From: Mytilus edulis
Taxonomy: Eukaryota
Direction: 5' to 3'
Assembly (NCBI RefSeq): GCF_963676685.1
Contig: NC_092352.1
Coordinates: 67,208,001-67,272,000 of the forward strand
Length of the DNA stretch: 64,000 nucleotides
Part shown: in pieces, positions 1 to 11,954 of the stretch
Layout of the letters: the number at the start of each line of letters is the position of its first letter
Numbering within the stretch: the first letter of the stretch is position 1
Translations under genes and position numbers: made by a program
The notes under the pieces: generated by a model
The model's input: only the letters and a program-made list of their open reading frames with translations
Database searches by the model: none
What the model was told of the DNA's origin: nothing

Positions 1-127
1 TAGAATTTAACATAATGAATGGTTTTCAATTGCTACACATATCACATGTCTGATAGTAAAATTGTGTATGTAGACCAAATCGAGGAAAATAAACTCATCA
101 TAGATACCAGGATTAAATTTTGTATTA

Positions 128-170
128 ACGCCAGACGCGCGTTTCGTATGCAAAATACTCATCAGTGACC
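128..170 (-). ncRNA. Minimal type-I hammerhead ribozyme (Penelope-like repeat)
   Basis: The minus strand reads GGTCA CTGATGA GTA-TTTTGCA-TAC GAAA CGCGCG TC TGGCGT: intact core, helix II GTA/TAC, palindromic helix III. It lies in a ~250 bp dispersed repeat (about 95-345). Confidence 0.7.
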
Positions 171-472
171 TTCGAATCCAAAAAAGTTAAAAAGGCCAAA
201 TTAAGTACGAAGTTGAAAAGCATTGAGGACCAAAATTCCTAAAAGTTTTGCCAAATACAGTGAAGGTAATCTATTCCTGAGGTAGAAACGACTTAGTATT
301 TCAAAAATTCAAAAGTTTTGTAAACAGTTAATTTATAAATATGACCCAAAACATAGTCAGTTATCAAGTGTCTTCCATTGATTAGAAGATTAACTTATAT
401 ATTATGTTGGGATTGTTTGTGTAGATGAATAAGATTCTGTTTTAGAATTTAACAATACATGCAACAGCCTGT

Positions 473-1239
473 CTAATAATATAATGTATTACCTCTGCGC
501 CATGATCCAGGTATCTGTGGGCGTGTTCTGTGTAAATTGTTCATTTCCATATCCAAATCTCCATTTTGTTTATCTTTTATTGCATGTTTTTGTTTTATTT
601 GTTCTTTCATCTGACGCTTGAATCTTTTTCTTTTCTCTATCTTTGCTAATCTTTCTTGTTCTATCCATGCTCTTGGAACCTTAAAACGTCCCCGTTTTAA
701 CTGTACTTTTTTATATGCATCTCTCCTATTTAGAAAACAAGAGAAAACAAATGACCTATTACTATAACGTCTTGTTAACATATTAAATATATTTTTAATT
801 CAATTTACATAACGTATCAGCTATACTAAATTCGACAATAACACATTGCTTAAGTTGGTAGGTTTGCTCATTACATGTTTTAGTGGACCACAACGCTTCA
901 AACGACAACCCAAATTGATTATGGAACAAATCTTGCAACAGATGCATTAAGGATCGTCTTTGCTAAATCTGTAAGTACAGTTTTTGGTGTCTTCATTCTT
1001 TGTTTTGTTTTTATATCAGTTTACGAGTTGATATACCGTCATTTCGTTCCTGTATACCACTCGTTTCTTCCATTGTTTGTAATTTAAATAAACAGATGTT
1101 CAGATAACCTATGTAATGCGTAAATAAGATTACCAAATCGCAAAAATTACAGCTGCTAATATCACAAGACAGAACAGAACCCCAGCAACTGTTGAGGCTG
1201 CTACAACACCGGTAAATGAGTCATCTTCACAGGCAATAC
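473..1239 (-). CDS. 3' end of a single-pass membrane protein (TM exon plus basic cytoplasmic-tail exon), possibly EGF-like domain-containing; 5' exons not identified
   Basis: Exon 1134-1239 (catag|GT...TG|gtaat) encodes GIACEDDSFTGVVAASTVAGVLFCLVILAAVIFAIW. It splices in phase 2 to exon 473-725 (polypyrimidine tract, then aatag|G), giving W-RDAYKKVQLKRGRFKVPRAW...GNTLYY*. GIACE resembles the end of an EGF module. Confidence 0.7.
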
Positions 1240-2134
1240 CTATGAAACACAAATAGAATGCACCTTTGAAATACAAAATATTGTTATTAATATGTATATT
1301 ACTATTATAGATTTTAAGACACTACAATGATTTATATTTTTATAAAAAATAATGCTAAGAGTTATAGAATCATTTTCACAACAGCGTGGACCATATACAA
1401 TTTCTTGGACTATTGCAGACTGAGTGAGCCAAAATAATCACTAATATCGGTATCCAATGACAAACAAGTTAAATGATTCAGTAGGATTACCAACCAAAGT
1501 ATTACGGTTGTCCACACTGTTATGAAAATGATTCGATGCACCGTCAGAATGTGTTGAAAGGGACTGTATGTACAATGAATTATCAAATATAAATCTTTTT
1601 CATATACCAATAATTGAATATAGGGTATTCCTATTTACTTTCAAAACAGATACATAAGTATGTGCAACTCAGTACATGTAGTACGCTTTTGATTTAATTT
1701 TGCTTTAAAGGTGTATTTCTAATGCTTCGAATGTTTAATAGTTTGTATATTTTTTTAACAAACGCAATACACGCCTCGATAGTCTCATAAATGTTAATTT
1801 ATTCTGAAGCACTTATGAGCTAATTAAAATTTCGTTATAGCTTACTTTAGCCATTCATTTGAAAAGAACATCACAATAAACAATCCATCTTATTGTAGCT
1901 AGTGTAACGTGTAACCGGGCGGGGACGTTTAGATATTTTTATCCTCGGGTTCATACCAGTTTCCTGGGATTTGAAAAGCAATTCAAAAGTTCTAAAGTCA
2001 ATAAAAAGTTTACACTATCACTATCAAATATGAAACAAATACTATACTACATCAAAACGAATTTCAACACCTATTAACCTAACCCGAACCTGTTGAATTA
2101 AAACTGTATAATACCCTTTCAGTCCTACTGTTTG

Positions 2135-2425
2135 AAACTATAGTCTGAAATCTAAATGTATGGAACTGGTTTGTAACCTAAATGTATGAAACTGGTCTGA
2201 AACCTAAATGTATGGAACGGGTCTGAAACCTAAATGTATGGAACGGGTCTGAAACCTAAATGTGTATATGAAACTGGTCAGACGGTTTAGAACTATTGTC
2301 TGAAACCTAAATATTTGGAACTGGTCTGAAACCTAAATGTTTGAAACTGGTCAGACGGTTTGGAACTATTGTCTGAAACCTAAATGTTTGGAACTGGTCT
2401 GAAACCTAAATGTTTGGAACTATTC
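2135..2425. repeat. 26-bp minisatellite (GGAACTGGTCTGAAACCTAAATGTTT) inside the LTR; second array at ~3870-4095
   Basis: Directly visible tandem units; copy number differs between the two LTRs. Confidence 0.85.
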
Positions 2426-3617
2426 AAACTGTTGTAAACTTTCGACGTATGAAACTTTATTAAAATATATTTATAAAACTGTTGGAACAGGGTAGCACTA
2501 AGGTATGATTTAACAGCAAACACTCACTGTAATAGTGAGAGATGTGGAACGCAAAACCTTAGCACTAACCCTGTTTATACAACTTCTACGGAACCGAAAC
2601 TATCTATATTTTCTCAACAGGTTTCAAACACTCCACTTTGTTTGACAAATCCTGCTACTCGTCTTTAAAAATTTACGGTCCTACCTTTCTAGTCTTCTTC
2701 TATCAACGTCTCTGATAAGAATGACAACTTACACTGGATAGCTACCCACTATTTATACTTCGAACGCGGACCTCGAAGAGAGCACCCTAGCAACAACTGT
2801 ACAGGTAAAGCGTCTGATAGCAACCACGGATAAAGGGATGATTTTTAATGCCGTTTTCAATGATAAAGAGATCAAATGGGAAATTCAAAGAGGTTTCGAA
2901 AAATATACAACTGTAGAAATATTATAACCTTCTGAAACTGTAAATTCGTAACACTACCCACGCCTCCGATTTCATGCGTCCTCGCATGAGTTTACAATTT
3001 TGTTTTGACTAAATTAAAACACAATCAGAACGTCAACGGTCCAAGTTAACACTAGCTGACACCATACCAAGGTCCTACTTTTAACCTCAATTTTTCCACT
3101 CATTCCGCAGAATACCTCTCCCAGCAACTGTTTGTACACCGAGGGTTATACCATGATAACAAACTAATGGCTTTCCTACAACAATATATCGACAAGCGTC
3201 AGACGTATGGTTACCTTAGCCTACTAACAGTTCCGGGGTTCCTGTCAGCCTCTTTCAACTAGGATGTTCTTTCTGTTTTGTTAGCTTAGTTCCTATTTTC
3301 CAAATATCATACTTTTATTCATATTTGTACAAGCAACTGAATACTGAACTTAAATTAAATTTTGACCAGATATAACCGTTTCAAATATAATATTTTGAGT
3401 ACCACTTGAAAAGTTGTGTTGCAAACAAAACGGTTTAAAACAATTTTTCCTCACAACAGGCCACTTACGGACCCCTCAATAAGAGTTGTTATAAAGGGTT
3501 CTTTAACGTGCACAGGACGTGGTACTTCCTGAACACGGGACCTCGAATTTAACGTCCCTATCCGACGGACGGACAGTCATAGACAATCACAAAATACTCA
3601 ACAAAAATGCTCGACAA

Positions 3618-3635
3618 ATCCCACCGCTGCCACCA
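3618..3635 (-). promoter_or_regulatory. Primer-binding site complementary to a tRNA-Leu 3' end
   Basis: The plus strand ATCCCACCGCTGCCACCA matches a tRNA-Leu 3' end including CCA and is directly adjacent to the LTR terminus. Confidence 0.85.
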
Positions 3636-4470
3636 TTTGTAACGTGTAACCGGGCGGGGACGTTTAGATATTTTTATCCTCGGGTTCGTACCAGTTTCCT
3701 GGGATTTGAAAAGCCATTCAAAAGTTCTAAAGTCAATAAAAAGTTTACACTATCACTATCAAATATAAAAAACAAATACTATACTACATAAAAACGAATT
3801 TCAACACCTATCAACCTAACCCGAACCTGTTGAATTAAAACTGTTTAATACCCTTTCAGTCCTACTGTTTGAAACTATAGTCTGAAATCTAAAAGTAATG
3901 GAACTGGTTTGTAACCTAAATGTATGAAACTGGTCTAAAACCTAAATGTATGGAACGGGTCTGAAACCTAAATGTGTATATGAAACTGGTCAGACGGTTT
4001 TGGAACTATTGTCTGAAACCTAAATGTTTGGAACTGGTCTGAAACCTAAATGTTTGGAACTGGTCTGAAACCTAAATGTTTGGAACTATTCAAACTGTTG
4101 TAAACTTTCGACGTATGAAACTTTATTAAAATATATTTATAAAACTGTTGGAACAGGGTAGCACTAAGGTATGGTTTAACAGCAAACACTCACTGCAATA
4201 GTGAGAGATATGGAACGCAAAACCTTAGCACTAACCCTGTTTATACAACTTCTAAGGAACCGAAACTATCTATATTTTCTCAACAGGTTTCAAACACTCC
4301 ACTTTGTTTGACAAATCCTGCTACTCGTCTTTAAAAATTAACGGTCCTACCTTTCTAGTCTTCTTCTATCAACGTCTCTGATAAGAATGACAACTTACAC
4401 TGGATAGCTACCCACTATTTATACTTCGAACGCGGACCTCGAAGAGAGCCCCCTAGCAACAACTGTACAG

Positions 4471-4600
4471 GTATCTTGATCTTGATCTTGATCTTGATAG
4501 GTTTACGGTGAAACATCCAAGGATATTAATACACCGCGCGTGCGTCAAGTAATTTACTTAAGTTGGACCCCCCTTACAATTTCACTAAAGGTTTTAGCTG
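4471..4600 (-). mobile_element. 130-bp insertion unique to one LTR; probable 5'-truncated LINE/SINE 3' end with a (TCAAGA)n tail
   Basis: Absent from the other LTR (CTGTACAG|GTAAAGCG at ~2804). Flanked by a GGTA direct repeat, with (TCTTGA)4 at one end. Confidence 0.6.
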
Positions 4601-6873
4601 GTAAAGCGTCTGATAGCAACCACGGATAAAGGGATGATTTTTAATGCCGCTTTCAATGATAAAGAGATCAAATGGGAAATTCAAAGAGGTTTCGAAAAAT
4701 ATACAACTGTAGAAATATTATAACCTTCTGAAACTGTAAATTCGTAACACTACCCACGCCTTCGATTTCATGCGTCCTCGCATGAGTTTACAATTTTGTT
4801 TTGACTAAATTAAAACACAATCAGAACGTCAACGGTCCACGTTAACACTAGCTGACACCATACCAAGGTCCTACTTTTAACCTCAATTTTTCCACTCATT
4901 CCGCAGAATACCTCTCTCAGCAACTGTTTGTACACCGAGGATTATACCATGATAACAAACTAATGGCTTTCCTACAACAATCTATCGACAAGCGTCAGAC
5001 CTAGGGGTACCTTAGCCTACTAACAGTTCCGGGGTTCCTGTCAGCCTCTTTCGACTAGCATGTTCTTTCTGTTTTGTTAGCTAAGTTCCTATTTTCCAAA
5101 TATCATATTACTTTTATTCACACTGGTGTAAAATTTAAATCATATAGCATTTATTTTCTTAATAAAGGTATAAGATGAAGGGCGAAGGACTGGTGATCCC
5201 TGTAATACACTCAGTTCACTGATAATTCTGTATAATACAAACGTAAAATTGAGGACATATATAGTCTGTTTATCAGATATAAAGTTCCTGGTATGGTGTA
5301 TCCTATATTCCGGTTACCAGTGCAGTACGGTCTGGTGTATAAATACAGATACACAGGTCCCGCTAGCAAATAATATTTGAAGTGACAAATAACGTGGATA
5401 GCAATGAGGTTCAACAGTAGGTGCATGGTGTGCGTCCTATTAACATTTTAGTAAACTAACCTTCCTAAAATTGAGAGAATGATGTGGCAGAAATTACCTC
5501 AAGAATAAAATTCATACACCATAACTGTGAAAGTATAACAGGGCATGATACATACAAACATGTATCAAGCATATACATCAAGCACGGGGAACATGGTATG
5601 ACATTTAAACGGACTAAAAAGTATTTGGAACGAGGACAAATAAAAAAGAGTATGAATTCAATCAGGAATATAGGTCCCTGTCCAACACCTGCGTTGTTAT
5701 TGCAACATGGACGTTTGTATATTGTAAGTACTAAGGATTGATATGACGATGTACATGTGGGTAGGATATTATATTACACTTATATTTTCTAGAGTATTGC
5801 CAAATTGAACTTAGAAAGTCTTTGCCCTGTCTGCAGCTCTTAGCTTACAACTACCCAATACTGGTATATCGACACCATCATAACATATATATTGGATTGC
5901 ACATTTCGTATGATACAATACATTTGCATTTGCACGTTAGTAAATGTTTCAGATTCTTTTAATTATACGGAACAGTATACGTGTATCGTATGCGTGAAGA
6001 GAGAAATATATAGGACAAGAAATAAGAACACTTTATTCACAAGAAATGCTAAAAATGACTAGCTATCAGTAGTACAGTGATTTTTATATGACTATTATAT
6101 ATCAAAGTATGACAGTTGTTATCTTTTGATTTGCCATTTGATTATGGACTATCTGTTTTGAATTTTCCTCGGAGTTCGGTATTTGTTTTATTATACTTTT
6201 TTAATTTCTCTGTACCGATGTGAAGCATTTGCTGGATGAGAAATAAAAGATTTTAAAGCACTTTGAATTATACTCGAGGTGTATGCTATCTCTTAATCTC
6301 GGGGTGTGGGCATAATGAAGTCATATAGCCTTACTTACGAATATCGTAGTGCTAAAAGGGAGTGAGTGCTATATACTATTTGCGAGTATCACAGAGACAT
6401 TACATAATTTCTTGTGCAATTTGTTCGTGTAATTCCAGTCAAAACATACTATGTAACCTATGTAAGATCAATTGTAATTCTCACTTTTCATTTGCATCAA
6501 TAGCAATCAATATATATAAAGCATGAATAAAATAATAATATTCAAATGGGGGCGTTTGTTATTTCATAACTGCACCTACACATGTAGCTTAACTTTTAAA
6601 TTAAAACCTACTGTGGTTACACTTTTACATTAAAAATTATGTACACCATATTAAAGTTATGCATATTAAGTGTGTGTAAAACCACGTTAACATGGTTAAA
6701 GCTATCATTTTAATTATTTATTATCAAAACAATCATAGTACGGTATAAACTTGTCAATCTTTTGAGAAAGTAGTATGCCCTGAGCAAATTGGAAGTCCTT
6801 AGACATACATTATTCTTTGATGTCACTTAATTATGGCTTACATGAATGTGTATGCATAACTAGGTGTAAACAA

Positions 6874-7376
6874 GTGAATACAGTGTGTCTGCAGGTGTTA
6901 AAAAGAATGCGGTTGTTTCGTTCTTCTTTTCCTTTGTTTTCTTATTTTTCACATTAATAAAGGGGTATGATGCAAAAACGGATGGAGTTTTAGACACTTT
7001 TACAATAGTTATCAAAGGTACCAGGATTATAATTTAATACGCCAGACGCGCGTTTCGTCTACATAAGACTCATCNNNNNNNNNNNNNNNNNNNNNNNNNN
7101 NNNNNNNNNNNNNNNNNNNNNNNNNNNNNNNNNNNNNNNNNNNNNNNNNNNNNNNNNNNNNNNNNNNNNNNNNNGTGAATACAGTGTGTCTGCAGGTGTT
7201 AAAAAAGAATGCGGTTGTTTCGTTCTTCTTTTCCTTTGTTTTCTTATTTTTCACATTAATAAAGGGGTATGATGCAAAAACGGATGGAGTTTTAGACACT
7301 TTTACAATAGTTATCAAAGGTACCAGGATTATAATTTAATACGCCAGACGCGCGTTTCGTCTACATAAGACTCATC
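6874..7376. other. Assembly gap (100 N, 7075-7174) with ~200 bp duplicated on both sides
   Basis: 6874-7074 is essentially identical to 7175-7376, which is typical of an unmerged contig overlap. Confidence 0.9.
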
Positions 7377-8799
7377 GGTGAAGTTCAGATCAAAACAGTT
7401 AAAAAGCCAAACAAATACAAATTAAGTTGAAGAGCATTGAGGACCCAAAATCCCAAAAATGTTTGCCAATACGGCTAAGGTATTCTACTCAGATTACAAG
7501 ATTTTCCCTGATATTACTTTAGATTTGCCTTAATTCCTTGAACCTTGACACACGTATTAATTATTCAAATCGTTCACAGAGCAAGACTTAAATATTCTAA
7601 ATGTACAATTACTTTTTTTTTTTTTTTTTTTCTATATTCGTGATATATGTGATCCAAATTAACTAAAATTCCTTGCATTATATTATAAAACAAAGTGTTT
7701 GCAGTAGCTAATGTTTTGAATAGATTAAATATAGCAGCAGCTATCTTAGTTCAATTCTGATTTTCTTTAGTTGAATTTACTAATTTCAGAGTTGTAGTGT
7801 GCTGCAGCACCCTCACAACCACCCCCCCCCTTTTTTTCCCCTTCGCGTCACTACTAAGTTTCTTCAATTTTGACAACAGCTAGTAACTTACAAATATCAT
7901 GATCCCATTTCATTGATAAATTAAGAAGTAATAATCAAGGTAAGACAACAAAATCTTAGGAATGGCCTCGACTTTTTGTCATTAAACTTTACTTTGAGGA
8001 ACTCGAAGTACAATGTTTGTGCTCGAAACAACAAATCCAGTATTTTGATAATCATACTCTAAACTTTCATGACTACAAGGACTGTCCATGAAACAAGACC
8101 GAGTAAAAAATAACAAGAAAGATATGATATTTTAGTCAGACTAAAGACTTGTTTACAAAAAAATTCGGTGCATCGAAATTAAGTGTTAGTGTCCTTGAGA
8201 GACTTATGGTTTTCCCATTTTTGGCCTTGAGCGTAACTGGAAACTCCGTTATTCAATTAATTTAGCATTTGTAAAAAATATATATGTATTCAAAAGAACA
8301 AAAGAAAGGTGTTAGTTAGCCCAACGTATCTTATCTCGCTAAAGCATAATAAAAATCTTATTCACTGCTAATGGTTTGTGAAATTATTCTTTTATATCAT
8401 CTTTTAAAATGTTCATGCGAGCGAATCGTTCTTTGTGTTTTATCACAAGCAACTTTGTTCTTTTTGAATGCAACATTTAAATCTCAAACACTTAACTTGT
8501 AATGCGATCATTCAAATATATTTATTCTGCCTTTAAAAGAAAATTAAAATTTGATACCATTTTGCTGAAATCAGTAATATTCATTTACAAGGAAGTTATC
8601 ATATAAACTTTTGTATCTGCATTACTTTTTGTCATTATTTTGTTTACATTAAAACTAAAAAAATGTTTTTGGTTATTTGTTTCCTTCGTTTAATTTCCTA
8701 CAAGGGTTACTTTGATACATATATATTATAAATATGTTCACTTTGATCTTCTCTCGATCGACAGTTAAACTCTTGCCAAATAAAGACGTAATTATTGCT

Positions 8800-8912
8800 T
8801 TACGGGATGTAAAAGTACGCAGCCACGACAGAATGGTCACGTAAAATCCGATGCCTCGTGTAATGAAAATGCTACGCTTTCTAGTTAAGTTAAGAACCAT
8901 TGCAGCTGTTGT
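8800..8912 (+). repeat. Degenerate Nin/Deu-domain SINE remnant
   Basis: CAGAATGGTCACGTAAAATCCGATGCCTCGTG...GTTAAGAACC resembles the Nin/Deu core and the copy at ~29120-29255. Confidence 0.45.
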
Positions 8913-11117
8913 AAAGCAATAATATTGTCCGTATCTAATATTACCTTTATTTCCGTTTGGCAATCCATATTTTCCTGACCTTCATCATATACAGCCTGTA
9001 TTACTGTACAGGAACTTAATATTATCATAGGCGGATCCAAGGGACAGCCCCACCCCTCCCCCCCCCCCCCCCCCCCGTTTTGTGGGAATACATTGGTTGA
9101 TTATATAGGAAATCACGGAAGCATGACTGGAGCGGGCCCCCTTATGTCAGTCTGAGCCCCCTCCTTTTAAGGTCAACCAGCGGGCCACTGTTCATTGTAA
9201 TTTGTTCGTAACATACAACATGAAATACCTGCCATTGGACGTGAAGCAACCAACATCCGATAAAGCAATCGATATATGTCTAATTGACAGTTACCCCCCC
9301 CCCCCCCCCCCCCCCCCCTATCTTTGTGTAACGTTTACCCCTTGATCGATATTGTATTGACGATTTGGCCTTTGAGGAAATATTTTAAATCTTTAACTTT
9401 TCTTTGTTTCCTTGGTCATGCATACTTGTTTTTTTCATCGTTATCAATTTGAAATCAAAAATTATTTTGTCCATTCAAGTTTTGTGTGTGTTCCATATGA
9501 CTGTGTATTATCACGACTTTTGAACATACGGTTCCTCTTATATTTACAGTATTTATGTATCTAATTTAGTTAACTTCTTTAATGGAAGGGTGTGGCATAA
9601 ACGTTAAATAGAAGTTTTTAAGTCAACTTACCTTGAAGAACGTTTAGAATTGTAAAAGCTGATAAAATCCGTTTAATATTTTCCATAATTCAATTTTCAT
9701 ACATATAAACTTCCTTGATGAATTTATACAATAATTGGTGTCGCTTTTCTTTAATAACAAAAGACGTAAAGTCGAATCAAAATTTAAAATCTGCAGATTA
9801 AATTTTAAACCGACAATGCACAGGTGAAATAAATTGTCATGTCAAATTGTACAAGTTTCAAGCATCGATAATGTCTATATTGTATTACTCCAAAAGTGGT
9901 AAATATTACAGTTTTTGTACAAGGTCATGCTCTAGTGGCAACAGTTTACACACAGCCAGTAGTAATTAATACGCTAATTTATTACATTTTTAGTGCAGGA
10001 GAATCGTTTTGTTTACGCGTGTCACGAGATGTCGTAATATGGTAGTGTAAATATGGGTGTTTTAAACTTTAATTCAACTTAAAATACAATTTATCGATGA
10101 GAATTGTAATACTACAGACGATTAATGACTCGTTCGAAATAATTTTTATAATAAAAATAAAATATTAATATTAAAGTTTAAAATGGTAACATTGTGTAGA
10201 TAGAATTTATTAGTATTTTTATCCCATTAAAAAGAAATGAGATTCGTACAGCTCAAATTTCAAGGATACAAACTATAAGTGTCTAGACGCTTTCTTATCA
10301 ATATTTCATCTTTTTTTTTTTTTTATTAAAGTGCATGCTGTGTTACATGTAGTACATGTATGTGTTAATGCGCAGCGTCTTTACAATGGTATTCTTTAAT
10401 ATACAGAGTACACCCCGTCTCTCGCATGCCACGATAAAAGCGTTATTCTATTTAGGTAACTTGTTTATAAATATGCTTTTAGGTACCCCCTTCTCTTTCA
10501 AATCAAAGGTTATTCAATAGATATTTTATTTTAGATATTGGAGTAAATTCTAATCTTAAGAAAGAAAAAAAACTTATATTTATCTAAGCAGATATATTCA
10601 AATTCAAATATTTATTGTCATATAAGCTCTATAAACAAAAGGGGTTTGTGACAAATATAATGAATGAAAGCATACACAAAAGACATTTCAAAAACAAAAC
10701 CATAGGAAACCATATCCCATAAAACATGTACATGTACAAGAAAAAAAGCTAAACAATCTTTTTAAGCATATTTATATAAATAAATCAAGGGTCCCCTTTC
10801 CTCATTTATAATGCTTGGTTAAAATAGGACCACTAGCTTTCAATTTATTTTGAGGTTGATGGGGAAAGAAGATATTCAATTTTCTCATTTTCTTGTCAAG
10901 ACATATAATCTGCCGATTAACTACATTTCCTAAAAAGTTATCTCTTATTTTAGATATTTTTTACAGTATCAAATAAAACGAGCTTCATCCTCCAATAAAT
11001 TACAGGATGGACATTGTCTATACCAATCAATTCATTAAAACAAATAGCTGTCGACCCTCCTTTAGCACCCAAGTTAGTAAAAGTTAATAACTCAGTACTT
11101 AGTGAGAATATTGCTTA

Positions 11118-11394
11118 TTATCGCTATTTTGAGCATTTTTCCTTTGATCTTTTTTTGTGATAATTTTTCATATCATGCTACTCGCTTGAGATGGAAATTT
11201 ATCGCTAGAAATTAAGGAGCCACGTGGCGTTGCTAATGAAATTGACATGAAATTGACAACGTCGTCATAGGTAAAATAGCGATAAACAGATTATCATTGG
11301 TCATCTCAACTCAATTGCTTTTCTCGATTTCGCCGTGACCGGCTCAAGCGAGAAAATCAATCTCGTTGAGATAACCAATGATAATCTATAAATC
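11118..11394. mobile_element. Short non-autonomous element ending in a ~105 bp hairpin (Crypton-like/palindromic MITE)
   Basis: AGATTATCATTGGTCATCTCAAC...GTTGAGATAACCAATGATAATCT inverted repeat at ~11289-11387. Family assignment is inference. Confidence 0.45.
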
Positions 11395-11954
11395 TTTCTA
11401 TTTCTCTGTAGCGAAACCTCGAAAAACATGCAGGTAGAAGATCTGGTGAACACTGTGTGAAGTAAAAAAGAATCTGTCTGCCATAATGTCACAAGCAAAA
11501 AAAAACACGTGATATCGATATATTACTCTGCATTTATGTGTATTTTTACAACTGTTCATGTAGCTAATACTTTTTAGCAACACACATTTGCTACAATATA
11601 CAATGTTTTTGTATCTTTCGTGAAAAACTTTCGTGATATCTTTTTGAGGACTAATTGACATTATAGTTTGGTCTTGTGAATAGAACTTCGTGCAATTCAA
11701 AGTACATTCACTGACATTTGATTTTTCACCCAAATGGTTTCCCTATACTCGTCTACTGTAGCTTTGTAACTGATGGTCTGTTTAGAAGACTAAAAGGAAG
11801 ATTATGTGAGGAAATGTTTGATTAAAAATATAGATAAGATTTGTCATACATATTCTATAAGAGTTCATTACTTACGACGATTTTTATCTATTAGGTGACT
11901 TCCTTGTTTTCGGTTTTGTGATTCTTTGATTGAAGAAATCATTTTGGAATTAGG

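Larger units (their letters stand above)
1903..5122 (-). mobile_element. Non-autonomous LTR retrotransposon (two ~1.4-1.5 kb LTRs, ~315 bp non-coding internal region, tRNA-Leu PBS)
   Basis: Near-identical direct repeats at 1903-3323 and 3638-5122 start TGTAAC and end ATTCACA/ATTCATA. On the minus strand, PBS TGGTGGCAGCGGTGGGAT (3618-3635) lies 2 nt after the 5' LTR. Flanks ctag/ctgg form a 4-bp TSD with one mismatch. No gag/pol ORF. Confidence 0.85.

Noticed and set aside
2135-2425. Regular 26-bp repeats resembling a CRISPR array
   Set aside because: No unique spacers and a eukaryotic context; it is a minisatellite inside an LTR.
5318-5436. Possible EGF-like upstream exon of the TM gene (ASGTC...RPYCTG, phase-compatible donor)
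   Set aside because: The cysteine pattern is split across frames and cannot be supported without transcripts.
6874-7376. Apparent 200-bp tandem duplication and ORF 7027-7317
   Set aside because: It flanks a 100-N gap and is almost certainly an assembly overlap artefact.
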